A stretch of DNA of 64,000 nucleotides from Nitrospira sp. (GCA_029865225.1 JAOUHJ010000001.1:24512-88511); one strand, 5' to 3'. Shown: positions 1 through 9,399, counted from the stretch's first letter. Notes: generated from the letters alone by a model not told the origin. Made by a program: numbers and translations.

Positions 1-146
1 CATCCCGGCAACGGCCCGGGTGGGGTCGAGTGGCCAGACGCTGCAGAGTTATTGTGCTGGTTGGATTCGGCCTTAATCTCCGCCACACCGATACCGGTGC
101 TCAGTAGGCAGATGGTGATCGTCACCCAACAGGTCCGGAACACCAC
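1..146 (-). CDS. hypothetical exported protein, 5' part only (continues past window start)
   Basis: Minus-strand frame is open from GTG at 146 (or 143), 23 nt downstream of the multicopper-oxidase stop, to the window edge. It translates VVFRTCWVTITICLLSTGIGVAEIKAESNQHNNSAASGHSTPPGPLPG, a signal-peptide-like start. It is absent from the ORF track only because it is shorter than 60 aa in this window. Position matches the second gene of a cop-type operon, which is inference. Confidence 0.3.
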   Translation of the reverse strand, partial: MVFRTCWVTITICLLSTGIGVAEIKAESNQHNNSAASGHSTPPGPLPG

Positions 147-168
147 ATTCCCTCGCGCATCCTACTCG

Positions 169-1959
169 TTAGGTGAAGACGTGAACCACACGAAACATGC
201 CCGCTTCCATGTGTAGGAGAAGGTGGCAGTGAAATGCCCAGAAACCAGGAGCATCGGCGCTGAGCACAACAGATAGTCGTTCAGCCGGTTTGACCACGAC
301 CGTATGTTTGCGCGGAAGGTACGCACCCGAACCATTTTCGAGCTGCATCCACATCCCGTGAAGGTGCAGCGGATGCTCCATCATCGTGTCGTTCACAAGA
401 ATGAGCCGCAGACATTCACCATGACGAACCAGAATCGGATCCGGCGCATCCGAATACTTATCCCCGTCGAACGACCACATGTAGCGTGGCATATGGCCGG
501 TGAGGTGCAACTCGATCTCACGTTCTGGTTCCCGCGTGGCTGAATGCGGAACGAGACTTTTTAAGTCCGTGTAGACAAGGACACGCCGGGAGTCCTGCCC
601 AAGTCCCCCGCCTGGTTCGTGCATTCGGTTCTGGGAGTACTCGGCGATTGTCTGATTCCCTGTACCATGATGGTCAGGACCGTGTTTCACCAGCCTGGCC
701 CCCTCCATCGAGGCCTCATGCGTGGCCTTCTTATGTTCTCCATCATGACCCGATGTTGGACCATGATGCACTGGTGCGAGTGATTCCACCGAATGGGTTG
801 TGTGGTCGCTGGCATGATCCATCATCCCCATATCTTTCATCGTTCGAATCGGACGGACTCGGCGCTCGGGGATCTCCCCTTCCATGGCTGAGCGCGGAGC
901 AAGCGTCCCTCGCGCATAGCCGCTCCGGTCCATGGTTTCGGCGAAGATCGTATAGGCCTGATCGTCATTCGGCTGGACGATGACGTCGTAGGTTTCTGCC
1001 GGACCAAAGCGAAACTCTTCAACGGCAACGGGCTGCACATTTTGACCATCGGCCTGAATCACGGTCATGGTCAGCCCAGGAATACGAACGTCATAGAAGG
1101 TCATGGCGGCGGCATTGATGAAACGCAACCGCACCCGTTCGCCCGGTCGAAACAGCGCAGTCCAATTGGCGGTCGGTGGAACACCGTTCATGAGGAACGT
1201 GAAGGTTGATCCGGTGACATCGGCAAAGTCCGTCGGGTCCATTCGCATCTCATCCCACATCACATAATTGTGCAAAGCCGACCAAAACCCGTGGCGTGCG
1301 GCATCAAGGAGAAACTCCTGCGCATCACGCTTCTGATAGTTGTAATAACCGGAGAATTTCTTGAGGTGGTCGAGCATGTCCTCGGCGGACTCATCGCTCC
1401 ATTCAGAAAGGATCACGACATAGTCTCGATCATACTGAAAGGGTTCCGGCTCGATGGGATCCAGAATCATCGCCCCGTACATGCCCTGCAATTCCTGGCC
1501 GCCTGAGTGGCTGTGATACCAATAGGTTCCGCTCTGCTTGACTGGAAATCGATAGGTGAACGTGGTGCCAGGAGCAATGCCGCCGAAGCTGACCCCTGGC
1601 ACCCCGTCCATGTGAGCAGGCAACAGAATGCCATGCCAGTGAATCGACGAATCTTCTTTGAGGAGGTTCATGACGCGAAGAGTGACTTCTTGACCTTCTC
1701 TCAAACGGATGAGGGGACCTGGAATCGTCCCGTTGATCGTGACAGCTCTGCCAGTTTGCCCATTCAGAGCAAGGGACCGCTCACTGACCACCAGATCGAT
1801 CTGCTCACCGCTGATTGTCGAACTGGATGACTCCTGTCGTGGCACTGACGTGAGCGAATGACCTAGGCATGAAACAAGAAGTGGCTGGAGCGCGCTCACT
1901 ACCCCCCACGCACCAGCCCGTTTCAGCAAGAGGCGTCTCGATATCAACTCGTCATTCAT
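169..1959 (-). CDS. multicopper oxidase, CopA/PcoA-type, Tat-exported
   Basis: 596-aa ORF with an N-terminal twin-arginine signal (SRRLLLKRAG). Copper-ligand motifs are present: HWHG, HSHSG, HPLHLHG and HCHLLLHMEAGM. A His/Met-rich insert (MKDMGMMDHASDHTTH...HHGPTSGHDGEH) is as seen in copper-resistance MCOs. Confidence 0.9.
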   Translation of the reverse strand: MNDELISRRLLLKRAGAWGVVSALQPLLVSCLGHSLTSVPRQESSSSTISGEQIDLVVSERSLALNGQTGRAVTINGTIPGPLIRLREGQEVTLRVMNLLKEDSSIHWHGILLPAHMDGVPGVSFGGIAPGTTFTYRFPVKQSGTYWYHSHSGGQELQGMYGAMILDPIEPEPFQYDRDYVVILSEWSDESAEDMLDHLKKFSGYYNYQKRDAQEFLLDAARHGFWSALHNYVMWDEMRMDPTDFADVTGSTFTFLMNGVPPTANWTALFRPGERVRLRFINAAAMTFYDVRIPGLTMTVIQADGQNVQPVAVEEFRFGPAETYDVIVQPNDDQAYTIFAETMDRSGYARGTLAPRSAMEGEIPERRVRPIRTMKDMGMMDHASDHTTHSVESLAPVHHGPTSGHDGEHKKATHEASMEGARLVKHGPDHHGTGNQTIAEYSQNRMHEPGGGLGQDSRRVLVYTDLKSLVPHSATREPEREIELHLTGHMPRYMWSFDGDKYSDAPDPILVRHGECLRLILVNDTMMEHPLHLHGMWMQLENGSGAYLPRKHTVVVKPAERLSVVLSADAPGFWAFHCHLLLHMEAGMFRVVHVFT

Positions 1960-1987
1960 CGTCGATGAGCGTTAGGCCCAAGAGCGA

Positions 1988-4615
1988 TTAGAGAGCCAGT
2001 TTTCGCAGACGGAGTGCGTTGGCGATCACTGAGACAGAGCTGAACGTCATCGCCGCACTTGCGATCATGGGACTCAAGAGCACCCCGACGAATGGATAGA
2101 GGATACCGGCAGCAATGGGAACACCCAGCGTGTTGTAGACGAAGGCAAAGAAGAGATTCTGTCGGATGTTCTTCATTGTGCCGCGGCTTAAGCGCCGGGC
2201 CCGCACGATGGCTCGAAGATCCCCCTTGACCAACGTCACCCCCGCGCTTTCCATCGCGACATCGGTCCCGGTTCCCATGGCAATCCCCACCTGAGCTTGC
2301 GCCAGGGCCGGAGCATCATTGATCCCGTCACCAGCCATGGCTACCACATGTCCTTCTGATTGGAACTGTTTGACGACCGCGGTCTTTTGGTCGGGCAACA
2401 CTTCGGCACGAACATCATCCAGCTGAAGCCGTCGCCCCACTGCCTCAGCAGTCGTTCGATTGTCGCCGGTCAGCATCACGATCCGCAGGCCTTCCTTGTG
2501 CAAGAGGTCGATGGCCTCCGGCGTGGTGGACTTGATGGGATCGGCGACGCCCAGTAACCCTGCCGGCTTGCCGTCGATTGCCGCAAACATCACGGTTTGG
2601 CCTTCATTTCTCAAAGGTTCGGCCTGAGCCGATAGCGCCGTGGTCTCGATGTTTAGTTCGTTCAGAAACTGGGCAGTCCCCACGGTCACCATACGACCTT
2701 CAACTCTACCCGTGACTCCCTTACCCGTGACTGAACGAAAATCCTGGGCCTTCGCTGGAACGATCTCTTTGCCCCGTGCGCCTGACACAATCGCCGCCGC
2801 TAAGGGATGTTCGCTGTTCTGCTCCAGACCAGCTGCCAGACGAAGCAATTCGGTTTCGTCAAAATCCGGCAACGGAGCGACTGTCATCAGACGTGGTTTG
2901 CCTTCCGTGAGCGTCCCGGTCTTGTCCACCACGAGAACGTCCACCTTAGCCAAAGTCTCAAGGGCCTCAGCATTGCGGATGAGCACACCGGCTGTCGCGC
3001 CACGACCCGTCCCGACCATGATCGACATGGGGGTGGCCAACCCTAAGGCACAGGGGCACGCGATGATCAACACCGCGACCGCATTCAATAGAGCATAGGC
3101 CATGCGAGGTTCGGGACCAACGAATGCCCAGATTGCGAATGTCACGACGGCGACCGCGATCACGCTCGGCACGAAGTAGGCAGCGACAAGGTCGGCGAGC
3201 CGCTGAATCGGCGCACGGGTGCGTTGGGCCTCACTGACCATCCGCACAATTTGCGCCAGCAGCGTCTCTCGGCCGACTCGTTCCGCCTGCATGACGAAAC
3301 TTCCCGTTCCGTTGACGGTGGCCCCCACGACCTTTTTCCCCGATTGCTTCTCCACCGGAATCGGCTCACCGGTCACCATCGATTCATCGACGGTACTCGA
3401 GCCTTCGATCACTGCACCGTCCACCGGAATCTTCTCGCCTGGTCGCACGCGTAACCGATCACCGACCTGTACCTGTTCCAAGGGAATATCTTCCTCGCGG
3501 CCGTCGCGTCGAATCACGCGGGCCGTTTTCGGCGCCAGCCCCAAGAGTGCCTTGAGGGCACTGCTGGTCCGGCTTCTGGCTCGCAGCTCCAGCACCTGTC
3601 CCAGCAACACGAGGGCGATGATCGCCACCGCCGGTTCAAAATAGACGGCGAGATCCCCTCCATGCGTACGGAAGGACTCAGGAAACATCCCAGGAACCAG
3701 CGTGGCTGCAACACTATAGAGATACGCTGCGCCAGTCCCAAGTCCAATGAGCGTGAACATGTTGAGGTGGCGACTGATGATCGACGACCACGCGCGCTCG
3801 AACAGCGGTCGACCGATCCACAACACCACCGGTGTGGCCAGCAAAAACTGAAGCCAGACAAGCACTCGACTAGAAACAAGTTGTTGCAACGGCTGCCCCG
3901 GCAACATCTCGGAAATCATCAGGGCAAAAATCGGCGCCCCAAGTGCCACGCTCTGCCAGAAGCGGCGCGTCATATCCACAAGTTCCGGATTGGTTTCTTC
4001 CACCGTCACCGTGCGCGGCTCCAAGGCCATGCCACACATGGGACAGCTCCCAGGTTCAGCCTGGACGACCTCCGGATGCATGGGGCAGGTATATTCGGTG
4101 CGAGTCGGCAGAGCGGTCACGTCCTCAGGCTCCAGCGCCATCCCGCAGATGGGACAGGCCCCAGGCTTGGTTTCTGACACCTCGGGGTCCATCGGGCAGA
4201 CATAGTTGACGTTGTCCCCGGCTGGAGTCGGAGTGGGTTTCGGAACGCGCTGTTCCAGTGGGGTCAAATAATACTCAGGGTCGGCTCGGAACTTGTCGAG
4301 GCATCTGGTCGCGCAGAAATAGTATTTCTTGTCGCGATACTCAAATGACCCCGCTGCCGAATCTGGCTGAACCGTCATCCCACAGACCGGATCGATCTCG
4401 CCCTGATGAGCCGGTTGCATCATCGGCAACGGCTTCCGCGTCGCAGGCATCGTGATGAGATTCAGTGGCTTCTTGCTGAGCGCCCGCTCCGGGTCGGCAC
4501 GAAATCGTTCCAGACAGGACACAGCACAGAAATAGTAGGTCGTCCCCTTATGTTCGTGCTGACCAGCCGCCTTGGAGGGATCAACTGTCATGCCGCAGAT
4601 AGGATCGATGGCCAT
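1988..4615 (-). CDS. copA: copper(I)-translocating P1B-type ATPase
   Basis: 875-aa ORF with motifs TGEP, CPC ([13 protein letters not shown]), DKTGTLT, MLTGDN and [10 protein letters not shown], plus YN and MxxSS in the last TM helices (Cu+/Ag+ subtype). The N-terminus has two CGMTV...YYFC (YHS/TRASH-like) modules and two CPMxPEV...CPxCGMALEP modules instead of a classical MxCxxC HMA domain. Confidence 0.93.
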   Translation of the reverse strand: MAIDPICGMTVDPSKAAGQHEHKGTTYYFCAVSCLERFRADPERALSKKPLNLITMPATRKPLPMMQPAHQGEIDPVCGMTVQPDSAAGSFEYRDKKYYFCATRCLDKFRADPEYYLTPLEQRVPKPTPTPAGDNVNYVCPMDPEVSETKPGACPICGMALEPEDVTALPTRTEYTCPMHPEVVQAEPGSCPMCGMALEPRTVTVEETNPELVDMTRRFWQSVALGAPIFALMISEMLPGQPLQQLVSSRVLVWLQFLLATPVVLWIGRPLFERAWSSIISRHLNMFTLIGLGTGAAYLYSVAATLVPGMFPESFRTHGGDLAVYFEPAVAIIALVLLGQVLELRARSRTSSALKALLGLAPKTARVIRRDGREEDIPLEQVQVGDRLRVRPGEKIPVDGAVIEGSSTVDESMVTGEPIPVEKQSGKKVVGATVNGTGSFVMQAERVGRETLLAQIVRMVSEAQRTRAPIQRLADLVAAYFVPSVIAVAVVTFAIWAFVGPEPRMAYALLNAVAVLIIACPCALGLATPMSIMVGTGRGATAGVLIRNAEALETLAKVDVLVVDKTGTLTEGKPRLMTVAPLPDFDETELLRLAAGLEQNSEHPLAAAIVSGARGKEIVPAKAQDFRSVTGKGVTGRVEGRMVTVGTAQFLNELNIETTALSAQAEPLRNEGQTVMFAAIDGKPAGLLGVADPIKSTTPEAIDLLHKEGLRIVMLTGDNRTTAEAVGRRLQLDDVRAEVLPDQKTAVVKQFQSEGHVVAMAGDGINDAPALAQAQVGIAMGTGTDVAMESAGVTLVKGDLRAIVRARRLSRGTMKNIRQNLFFAFVYNTLGVPIAAGILYPFVGVLLSPMIASAAMTFSSVSVIANALRLRKLAL

Positions 4616-4691
4616 CGTACCTCAGAAGATAAGTCTGGAGTGCTGAATGACAAGGTCCTTCTCAGAACTCAGCACTTCGCCCTGGAGCTGG

Positions 4692-5366
4692 TTACTTCTT
4701 GGCATCCGCCTCGAGGATGCTCCGAACAATAGTGACCACGTTTTCAGGTGTCATGTTCACACCGTCGACTTTGATATTCCCATCCAGCAAGAGCGAAGGC
4801 GTAGACGACACTTTAATCCGCTCTCCCCATCGACGCCCCTCTTCAAACAACCTGGCCGGCTTGCCGCTTTCCAGCCCTGCCTCAAAAGCCTTCACATCCA
4901 AGCCGACCTCGTTGATCAAGAGCGACCGAATCGAACGATCTAGCACTCCGTCGAGCTTCTCCTTGTGAATGGTGCGAAAGAGCACGGTTTTCATCTGATC
5001 TCCCTTGCCCATCAACTTGGCTTGCTCATACATATCGAAGGCCGTAGGGAGCTTCCCGGGAATAACAGGAAACCCGACCATCGTAATCTCCACCTTGTCA
5101 CCGAATTCCTTCCGGAGAAGAGTGACCCCCGTCTCTTCGAAATGATGGCAGTGGGGACAATAGAAGTCGGCGAACTCGATTATTTTCACCTTACCCAGCT
5201 GATGTGTCGAAGCTTCGTCTTTGAGTATTTCGAACTTTCCCTTGAGCTCTGGTTTGGCTGCCTGTGCGCTGAACGGCACAGCCAACAGCCCGATCGCTCC
5301 CACAAGCAATAGCATCCTCTTCCACATCGCCGTCGTTCGACCACCCATCTTCCATGCTCCTTTCAC
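4692..5366 (-). CDS. DsbA-family thiol:disulfide oxidoreductase (secreted thioredoxin fold)
   Basis: 224-aa ORF with a signal peptide (LLLVGAIGLLAVPFSAQA) and active site FYCPHCHHFE (CPHC). It lies directly upstream of, and on the same strand as, the Cu-ATPase. The true start may be an internal Met (MWKRMLLL). Confidence 0.8.
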   Translation of the reverse strand: MKGAWKMGGRTTAMWKRMLLLVGAIGLLAVPFSAQAAKPELKGKFEILKDEASTHQLGKVKIIEFADFYCPHCHHFEETGVTLLRKEFGDKVEITMVGFPVIPGKLPTAFDMYEQAKLMGKGDQMKTVLFRTIHKEKLDGVLDRSIRSLLINEVGLDVKAFEAGLESGKPARLFEEGRRWGERIKVSSTPSLLLDGNIKVDGVNMTPENVVTIVRSILEADAKK

Positions 5367-5423
5367 AGATCAATACCTAAAGCCCAGGTCCATTATAACG
5401 GATAGAGGGCCTCCTTGCGCCTT

Positions 5424-5432
5424 TGTTATAAT
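5424..5432 (+). promoter_or_regulatory. extended -10 promoter element (TGTTATAAT) for the slp-like gene
   Basis: TGtTATAAT is read directly at 5424-5432. The hexamer ends 6 nt before the ATG at 5439, so the predicted start site falls on or next to the start codon (possible leaderless mRNA). There is no good -35, which is consistent with extended -10 promoters. Confidence 0.4.
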
Positions 5433-5438
5433 GAGGCA

Positions 5439-5984
5439 ATGAGACGATCCTGGTCTATCTATCTTTTCTCCGGATTCGTCGCCCTGTCAGGCTGTGCAAC
5501 ATCGGAACATCAGGCCGACGGTCTGCCGTCAGGTACACCTCAGATCAGTTATGCGCAGGTGAAGTCGACCCCCGAATCCTACAACGGGCAGTCGGTGACA
5601 TTCGGGGGAAAAGTCTTGGGAGCGCGGCGGCTCAAGGAAGGTACCAGAATTGAGATCTTACAACTTCCGCTGACGTCTTCTCTTCAACCGACCATGGACC
5701 TCAGTCGGTCTGAAGGTCGCTTTGTGGCCCTACAGAAATCTTTTCTCGATCCGGCCACCATCCCACCCGGTACGTTCCTCACCGTGACGGGAGAGCTGGC
5801 CGGTACCATCGTCTTACCGTTGGACGAAACCGAGTATACCTACCCGCTCATACACATCACCAATCTGCGTGTGTTCACTGAGGATGATAGGGATCCACCC
5901 CGCATTCGCCGTCCCATCGGCCCAGGCCCCTACTGGGGGCCCTATTGGTCTCCCTACTGGCACCCCTGGCCGTATTATTGGTAG
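5439..5984 (+). CDS. slp: Slp-family outer-membrane lipoprotein
   Basis: Lipobox LSGC, then the Slp-like pattern Y.GQ.V.FGGKV...EILQLPL...GRF.A....FLDP recalled from E. coli Slp. The C-terminal tail is aromatic and Pro/Gly-rich (GPYWGPYWSPYWHPWPYYW). I prefer the ATG at 5439 to the TTG at 5415 given in the track. Confidence 0.7.
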   Translation: MRRSWSIYLFSGFVALSGCATSEHQADGLPSGTPQISYAQVKSTPESYNGQSVTFGGKVLGARRLKEGTRIEILQLPLTSSLQPTMDLSRSEGRFVALQKSFLDPATIPPGTFLTVTGELAGTIVLPLDETEYTYPLIHITNLRVFTEDDRDPPRIRRPIGPGPYWGPYWSPYWHPWPYYW

Positions 5985-6619
5985 GCACCGCTTTGGGGCG
6001 TGATCAGGGCAGCCCGCCGATCAGGACTAAATCAACCGCCTGCCCTGTCTGATCAACATACTCCCGGAGCAATGCGTACAGGTGGTCAAGCGTGAGCGTG
6101 GGCAAATTCGAGAGCCTCCGCAAGCTGACGGTGTAGTCGCTCGTCGATTGGGCCATGGTTTTCGGGAAGCGGGGCACGGGATACAAGCCCGGAGATGAGG
6201 GTGCGATATCTTGTATACCACCGGCATGCGGTCTCATGGGCCTCTTGTACCAGCGGGTGCTGCAGGGCCGTCCATTCGACGGAATCGTTCACCAGAATTT
6301 CAAGCCAGAGGATGCGAGCAATTCTCGGATGATGCAGCGCGTCGTCGAGGGAGAGCACTCCAAGATAGGCTGGAAGCAGTTTGAGCACTGGACGAGTCGG
6401 CGTCGAGGGCATGGGAAAGAATTCTACACTGGTCGTACCACATTGCCAACTCGAACGGCACAAGCCACCTTAACCCAGCCCCGCCCACATTACTGCGACA
6501 TACCACGCAGCGTCCCGTAGGACGCAGAACACCATCCTGAGGGAACTCGGATTGGAAGCTTGCATATCCTTGAGCTCTCCCGGAACTTACTCGTACTAGC
6601 TTGGACCGATCAAGCTCTC

Positions 6620-6976
6620 CTATGGTTTCGCATAGCGGCTGAGGTATCGGCTGATAGCCTCTCGTTCGGACTCGGTCAAAGATGGGAGTCCTTTTTCTCG
6701 CATCAATCGTTCCATCCTCGGCAATACTTCCTGCCATTCCGCTATCGTTCGGAACCGAGGGTCGGGCACGCCATGAGCAAGCCCATGGTTTCCAAATGGC
6801 TTTCCGTGACAGGCACTACACCGCTGTGCAAAGACTCGTCCGTCAGAGGTATCCAGCTCCGGGATTCCTGTAAAGACGCCCCCGCAGCCACCAATCCACA
6901 GCGATGCCGAAAGGCCCAAGCCATAGGCATGCAAGCGACCGCTTGCGCAGATTAGTTTCACGAAGCTGGACCTCAC
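6620..6976 (-). CDS. small c-type cytochrome (putative lipoprotein)
   Basis: 118-aa ORF with a hydrophobic N-terminus and a lipobox-like IGGC. It has a single CxxCH haem-binding motif (CSACHG). No other family assignment is possible by eye. Confidence 0.6.
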   Translation of the reverse strand: MRSSFVKLICASGRLHAYGLGLSASLWIGGCGGVFTGIPELDTSDGRVFAQRCSACHGKPFGNHGLAHGVPDPRFRTIAEWQEVLPRMERLMREKGLPSLTESEREAISRYLSRYAKP

Positions 6977-7178
6977 GATACGATTCTCCTCTCTATTTCC
7001 ATTCTACAAGGCTCCCCTTGCCCACTGTTTGCGCCAAGCACACTCTGAGCCGAACGGTGCAGATGGCGGGGCCTGTTGTGACAAGGAGCTTGTCGCGCAT
7101 GCACTGGCAAGATCCTCTCCGTGCAATCTTGCAGAAGATTGGTGCACAGAGCTATTACTCGCATTCAATGTACCCTAG

Positions 7179-7255
7179 AAAAAGGGCGGGGCAAAGGAGG
7201 AGGCAGCAACCTTCGCCCCGCGCTAGGTCCGAGTCGGAGGGTCGCCTACTCGGAC
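7179..7255 (-). terminator. double-hairpin intrinsic terminator module (copy 1)
   Basis: On the minus strand, hairpin gtccgagt/actcggac (7227-7255) is followed by hairpin gcggggc.aagg/cctt.gccccgc (7186-7221, one mismatch), then CCCTTTTTC. It lies 144 nt downstream of the HTH gene stop and is homologous to the element at 9322-9399. Confidence 0.6.
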
Positions 7256-7398
7256 AGGACACAAATCCCAGTTAAGACCAATACCTGCACTCAATAGAAA
7301 GCTTATCTGCCTCTATACGGCATATCCGACAACCCGTCTACCGACACCTGCTCACGGATGCTACAAAATCGATGGCCTACGCCGATACATTTATAGAG

Positions 7399-7650
7399 CT
7401 ACAACCCTTTCGATGCCGAACACGTATTGGGTATGTCAATTTCATTCCGTTCGACTAGACCGACGATAGAATCACGAAAGATCCGTAGACTGCTCTTCCC
7501 AACTTTCGTTCCTCGTAACCGACCTTCCTCCACCCATCGATAGATGGTCCACCGACTAACCGAAAGGAACTCAGCCGCTTCTCCGACCCGTAAAAATGTT
7601 TTACCTTCGATAGCCGCCAATGCGTGACCTGCTCCACGAGTGACAGACAT
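7399..7650 (-). CDS. excisionase-family (MerR-superfamily) helix-turn-helix DNA-binding protein
   Basis: 83-aa ORF. FLRVGEAAEFLSVSRWTIYRWVEEGRLRGTKVG matches the HTH_17/excisionase signature. A strong SD (AAGGAGGGG) precedes the ATG. Confidence 0.8.
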   Translation of the reverse strand: MSVTRGAGHALAAIEGKTFLRVGEAAEFLSVSRWTIYRWVEEGRLRGTKVGKSSLRIFRDSIVGLVERNEIDIPNTCSASKGL

Positions 7651-7884
7651 GAGGTCCCCTCCTTCTTAGCTTAGGAGATATCCTAAAAGAGGCCGAGCGT
7701 CACACCTCCATAGATCGTTTCTTCGTTCCTCTCCCTGCAACTCATCGAATTCCTGCAGAATGGTCTCAACTGTTTGTGCAGTTCCTGCTCACGCGGTGAG
7801 ACGGTCGGATCTCCAACCGAAGTATCTTGAGCAAACACGGCGCAGCCAGTGAGGCGACCCACGCTCGTGCCATGTACGACTGAT

Positions 7885-8208
7885 CTAGATTTCGAAGAGG
7901 CTCAGCGAGGGAGGCGCGCGAGAACGAGAAACCGTCACAATCAGAGAACTTTGCGGGATAACGCGAATGAGCCGCTGAATCGCCGTAAGGATGACACCGG
8001 CGAGGAGCGGCGCGGCTGCATGGAGGCTGACCGTGGGATTTACCTGGCACAGCCAGGCACAAAGCATGGAGTGCGCAGCATGAGACCCGCTTTCGTGAGC
8101 ATGGTGCAGCCCATGCAGCTGCACAAAGAGACACCCGGCCGCGCCGAACACCAGCACCACGTAGACGAGCAGGACCGCAATGGCGACTGTTGCAAAACCA
8201 CGCTTCAT
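7885..8208 (-). CDS. small secreted His-rich CxWxC protein, paralog 4 (uncharacterised family)
   Basis: I take the start at the internal ATG 8208 (MKRGFATVAIAVLLVYVVLVFG, a signal/TM segment). HGLHHAHESGSHAAHSMLCAWLC and the C-terminal SRAPPS align with the ORFs at 12686, 14835 and 11137. The competing ORFs 7766..8134(-) and 7849..8229(+) lack this paralogy. Confidence 0.65.
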   Translation of the reverse strand: MKRGFATVAIAVLLVYVVLVFGAAGCLFVQLHGLHHAHESGSHAAHSMLCAWLCQVNPTVSLHAAAPLLAGVILTAIQRLIRVIPQSSLIVTVSRSRAPPSLSLFEI

Positions 8209-8346
8209 TTCATTCTTTCGAGTGCTTGACGCACGAGCGCGACCGACCGCCTGACCATCTTGCGAGAACAGGGCGGTCGTCGGCAAACCTTTATCGTATT
8301 GGAATCCGTTCAATCACCTCATGGTATTTCAATTCTGTTCGACTCA

Positions 8347-9279
8347 TTAACCCGCCAGCCGATACACGATCGGAAGGGTCACGACGATGTGCGGCTTCCC
8401 GATGGCCTGCTTCATCTGAAGCGGGCAGGCAAGCCTGACCGCTTCCATCGCCGCCTCGTCGAGTGCACTGTAGCCGGAACTCTTCTGAACAGACACGGTC
8501 GCAAGCTGTCCATCAGATCGAATGACGGCTCTGAGAACGACCTTCCCCTCTTCGCCGTTCATACGCGACGAGTTCGGATAGCGTTTGAGTTCCGCCACCC
8601 GCCTCCACAGTGACTCAGCCAACCATCGGTTATCTGCTTTCGCTTCCGGACCGGAGGCCTGAGTTTCGGCGTTCCCCACCGGGGCGGCATCCATATGACG
8701 GGGATGCGTCTCAGCCGGAGCAGGAGCCTCTTGGAATACAGCAACATCCGGAGCCGCTGCGACCGCAACCGACTCAGGTTCCACAGATTGTGACTCGACC
8801 GGCTCGGGGACGGGCGCAGCCAGAACTGGCTTAGGTTGTTCCGTTTCAGCAACCGTCTCGGCAACTTCGACGTGTCGTTGTTCTACCGGTTCTTCGCGGA
8901 GCTGAGGAAGCTCGACCTTCTGCTCAATCGGCGGCACCTGCTCGATCGCCGGTTGCGGGGGTTCGACCTTCTGTTCCTTCGGAATGACCGGTCGGGAAGT
9001 TTCCGGTACTGGCTTGGTTCGTGACGGAAGGAGCTTCTCTACCGGGGGTTGTGCCGATGCAACGACCGATGAGGCCTGCTCCGACTTGGAGTGGGGTCTT
9101 GCCTCTTCCACCAACGCCACATCCCATTGGAACGTTTCGCCTTGGAGGACAGGTTTGACTTGCGCAACAAATATGAACGCTAAGCCGACCACCGCTCCAT
9201 GCAGGATGACTGAAATACCCCAAGCAGGGAACCAGAACTGAGTATCGTCCTTCAAGATCATTCTTCTCGCAACACTCAC
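8347..9279 (-). CDS. tonB: TonB-family energy transducer
   Basis: 310 aa with an N-terminal TM anchor (GISVILHGAVVGLAFIFV), a long Pro/Glu/Val-rich spacer, and a TonB C-terminal domain (YPNSSRMNGEEGKVVLRAVIRSDGQLATVSVQKSSGYSALDEAAMEAV). Confidence 0.85.
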   Translation of the reverse strand: MSVARRMILKDDTQFWFPAWGISVILHGAVVGLAFIFVAQVKPVLQGETFQWDVALVEEARPHSKSEQASSVVASAQPPVEKLLPSRTKPVPETSRPVIPKEQKVEPPQPAIEQVPPIEQKVELPQLREEPVEQRHVEVAETVAETEQPKPVLAAPVPEPVESQSVEPESVAVAAAPDVAVFQEAPAPAETHPRHMDAAPVGNAETQASGPEAKADNRWLAESLWRRVAELKRYPNSSRMNGEEGKVVLRAVIRSDGQLATVSVQKSSGYSALDEAAMEAVRLACPLQMKQAIGKPHIVVTLPIVYRLAG

Positions 9280-9321
9280 TCAGCAAACAGCAAACCCAAC
9301 CATTCAACCTATGTAGAGTAG

Positions 9322-9399
9322 AAAAAGTGCGGGGCCGAGGTCAAGGGAGGTGACCCTCCGCCCCGCTCTGGTCCGAGCCGGAGGGCAGCCGGCTCGGAC
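9322..9399 (-). terminator. double-hairpin intrinsic terminator module (copy 2)
   Basis: On the minus strand there is an 11-bp perfect hairpin gtccgagccgg/ccggctcggac (9371-9399). A 12-bp hairpin follows, gcggggccgagg/cctccgccccgc (9329-9366, one mismatch), then ACTTTTTC. It lies about 100 nt downstream of the beta-propeller gene stop. Confidence 0.65.

Noticed and set aside
6300-6737. 145-aa minus-strand ORF overlapping the end of the cytochrome c gene
   Set aside because: It overlaps the CxxCH-containing frame by more than 100 nt, has no features, and is Arg/Ser-rich shadow-like sequence.
7399-7650. Excisionase-type HTH gene as evidence for a prophage or integrative element
   Set aside because: I could recognise no integrase, recombinase, att-like direct repeats, tRNA gene or phage/conjugation genes in the window. 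I report it only as a small regulator.
8560-9050. Repetitive DNA in this stretch (possible tandem repeat or CRISPR-like)
   Set aside because: The periodicity comes from the Pro/Glu/Val-rich spacer of TonB, which is coding low complexity. There are no constant-length repeats with unique spacers.
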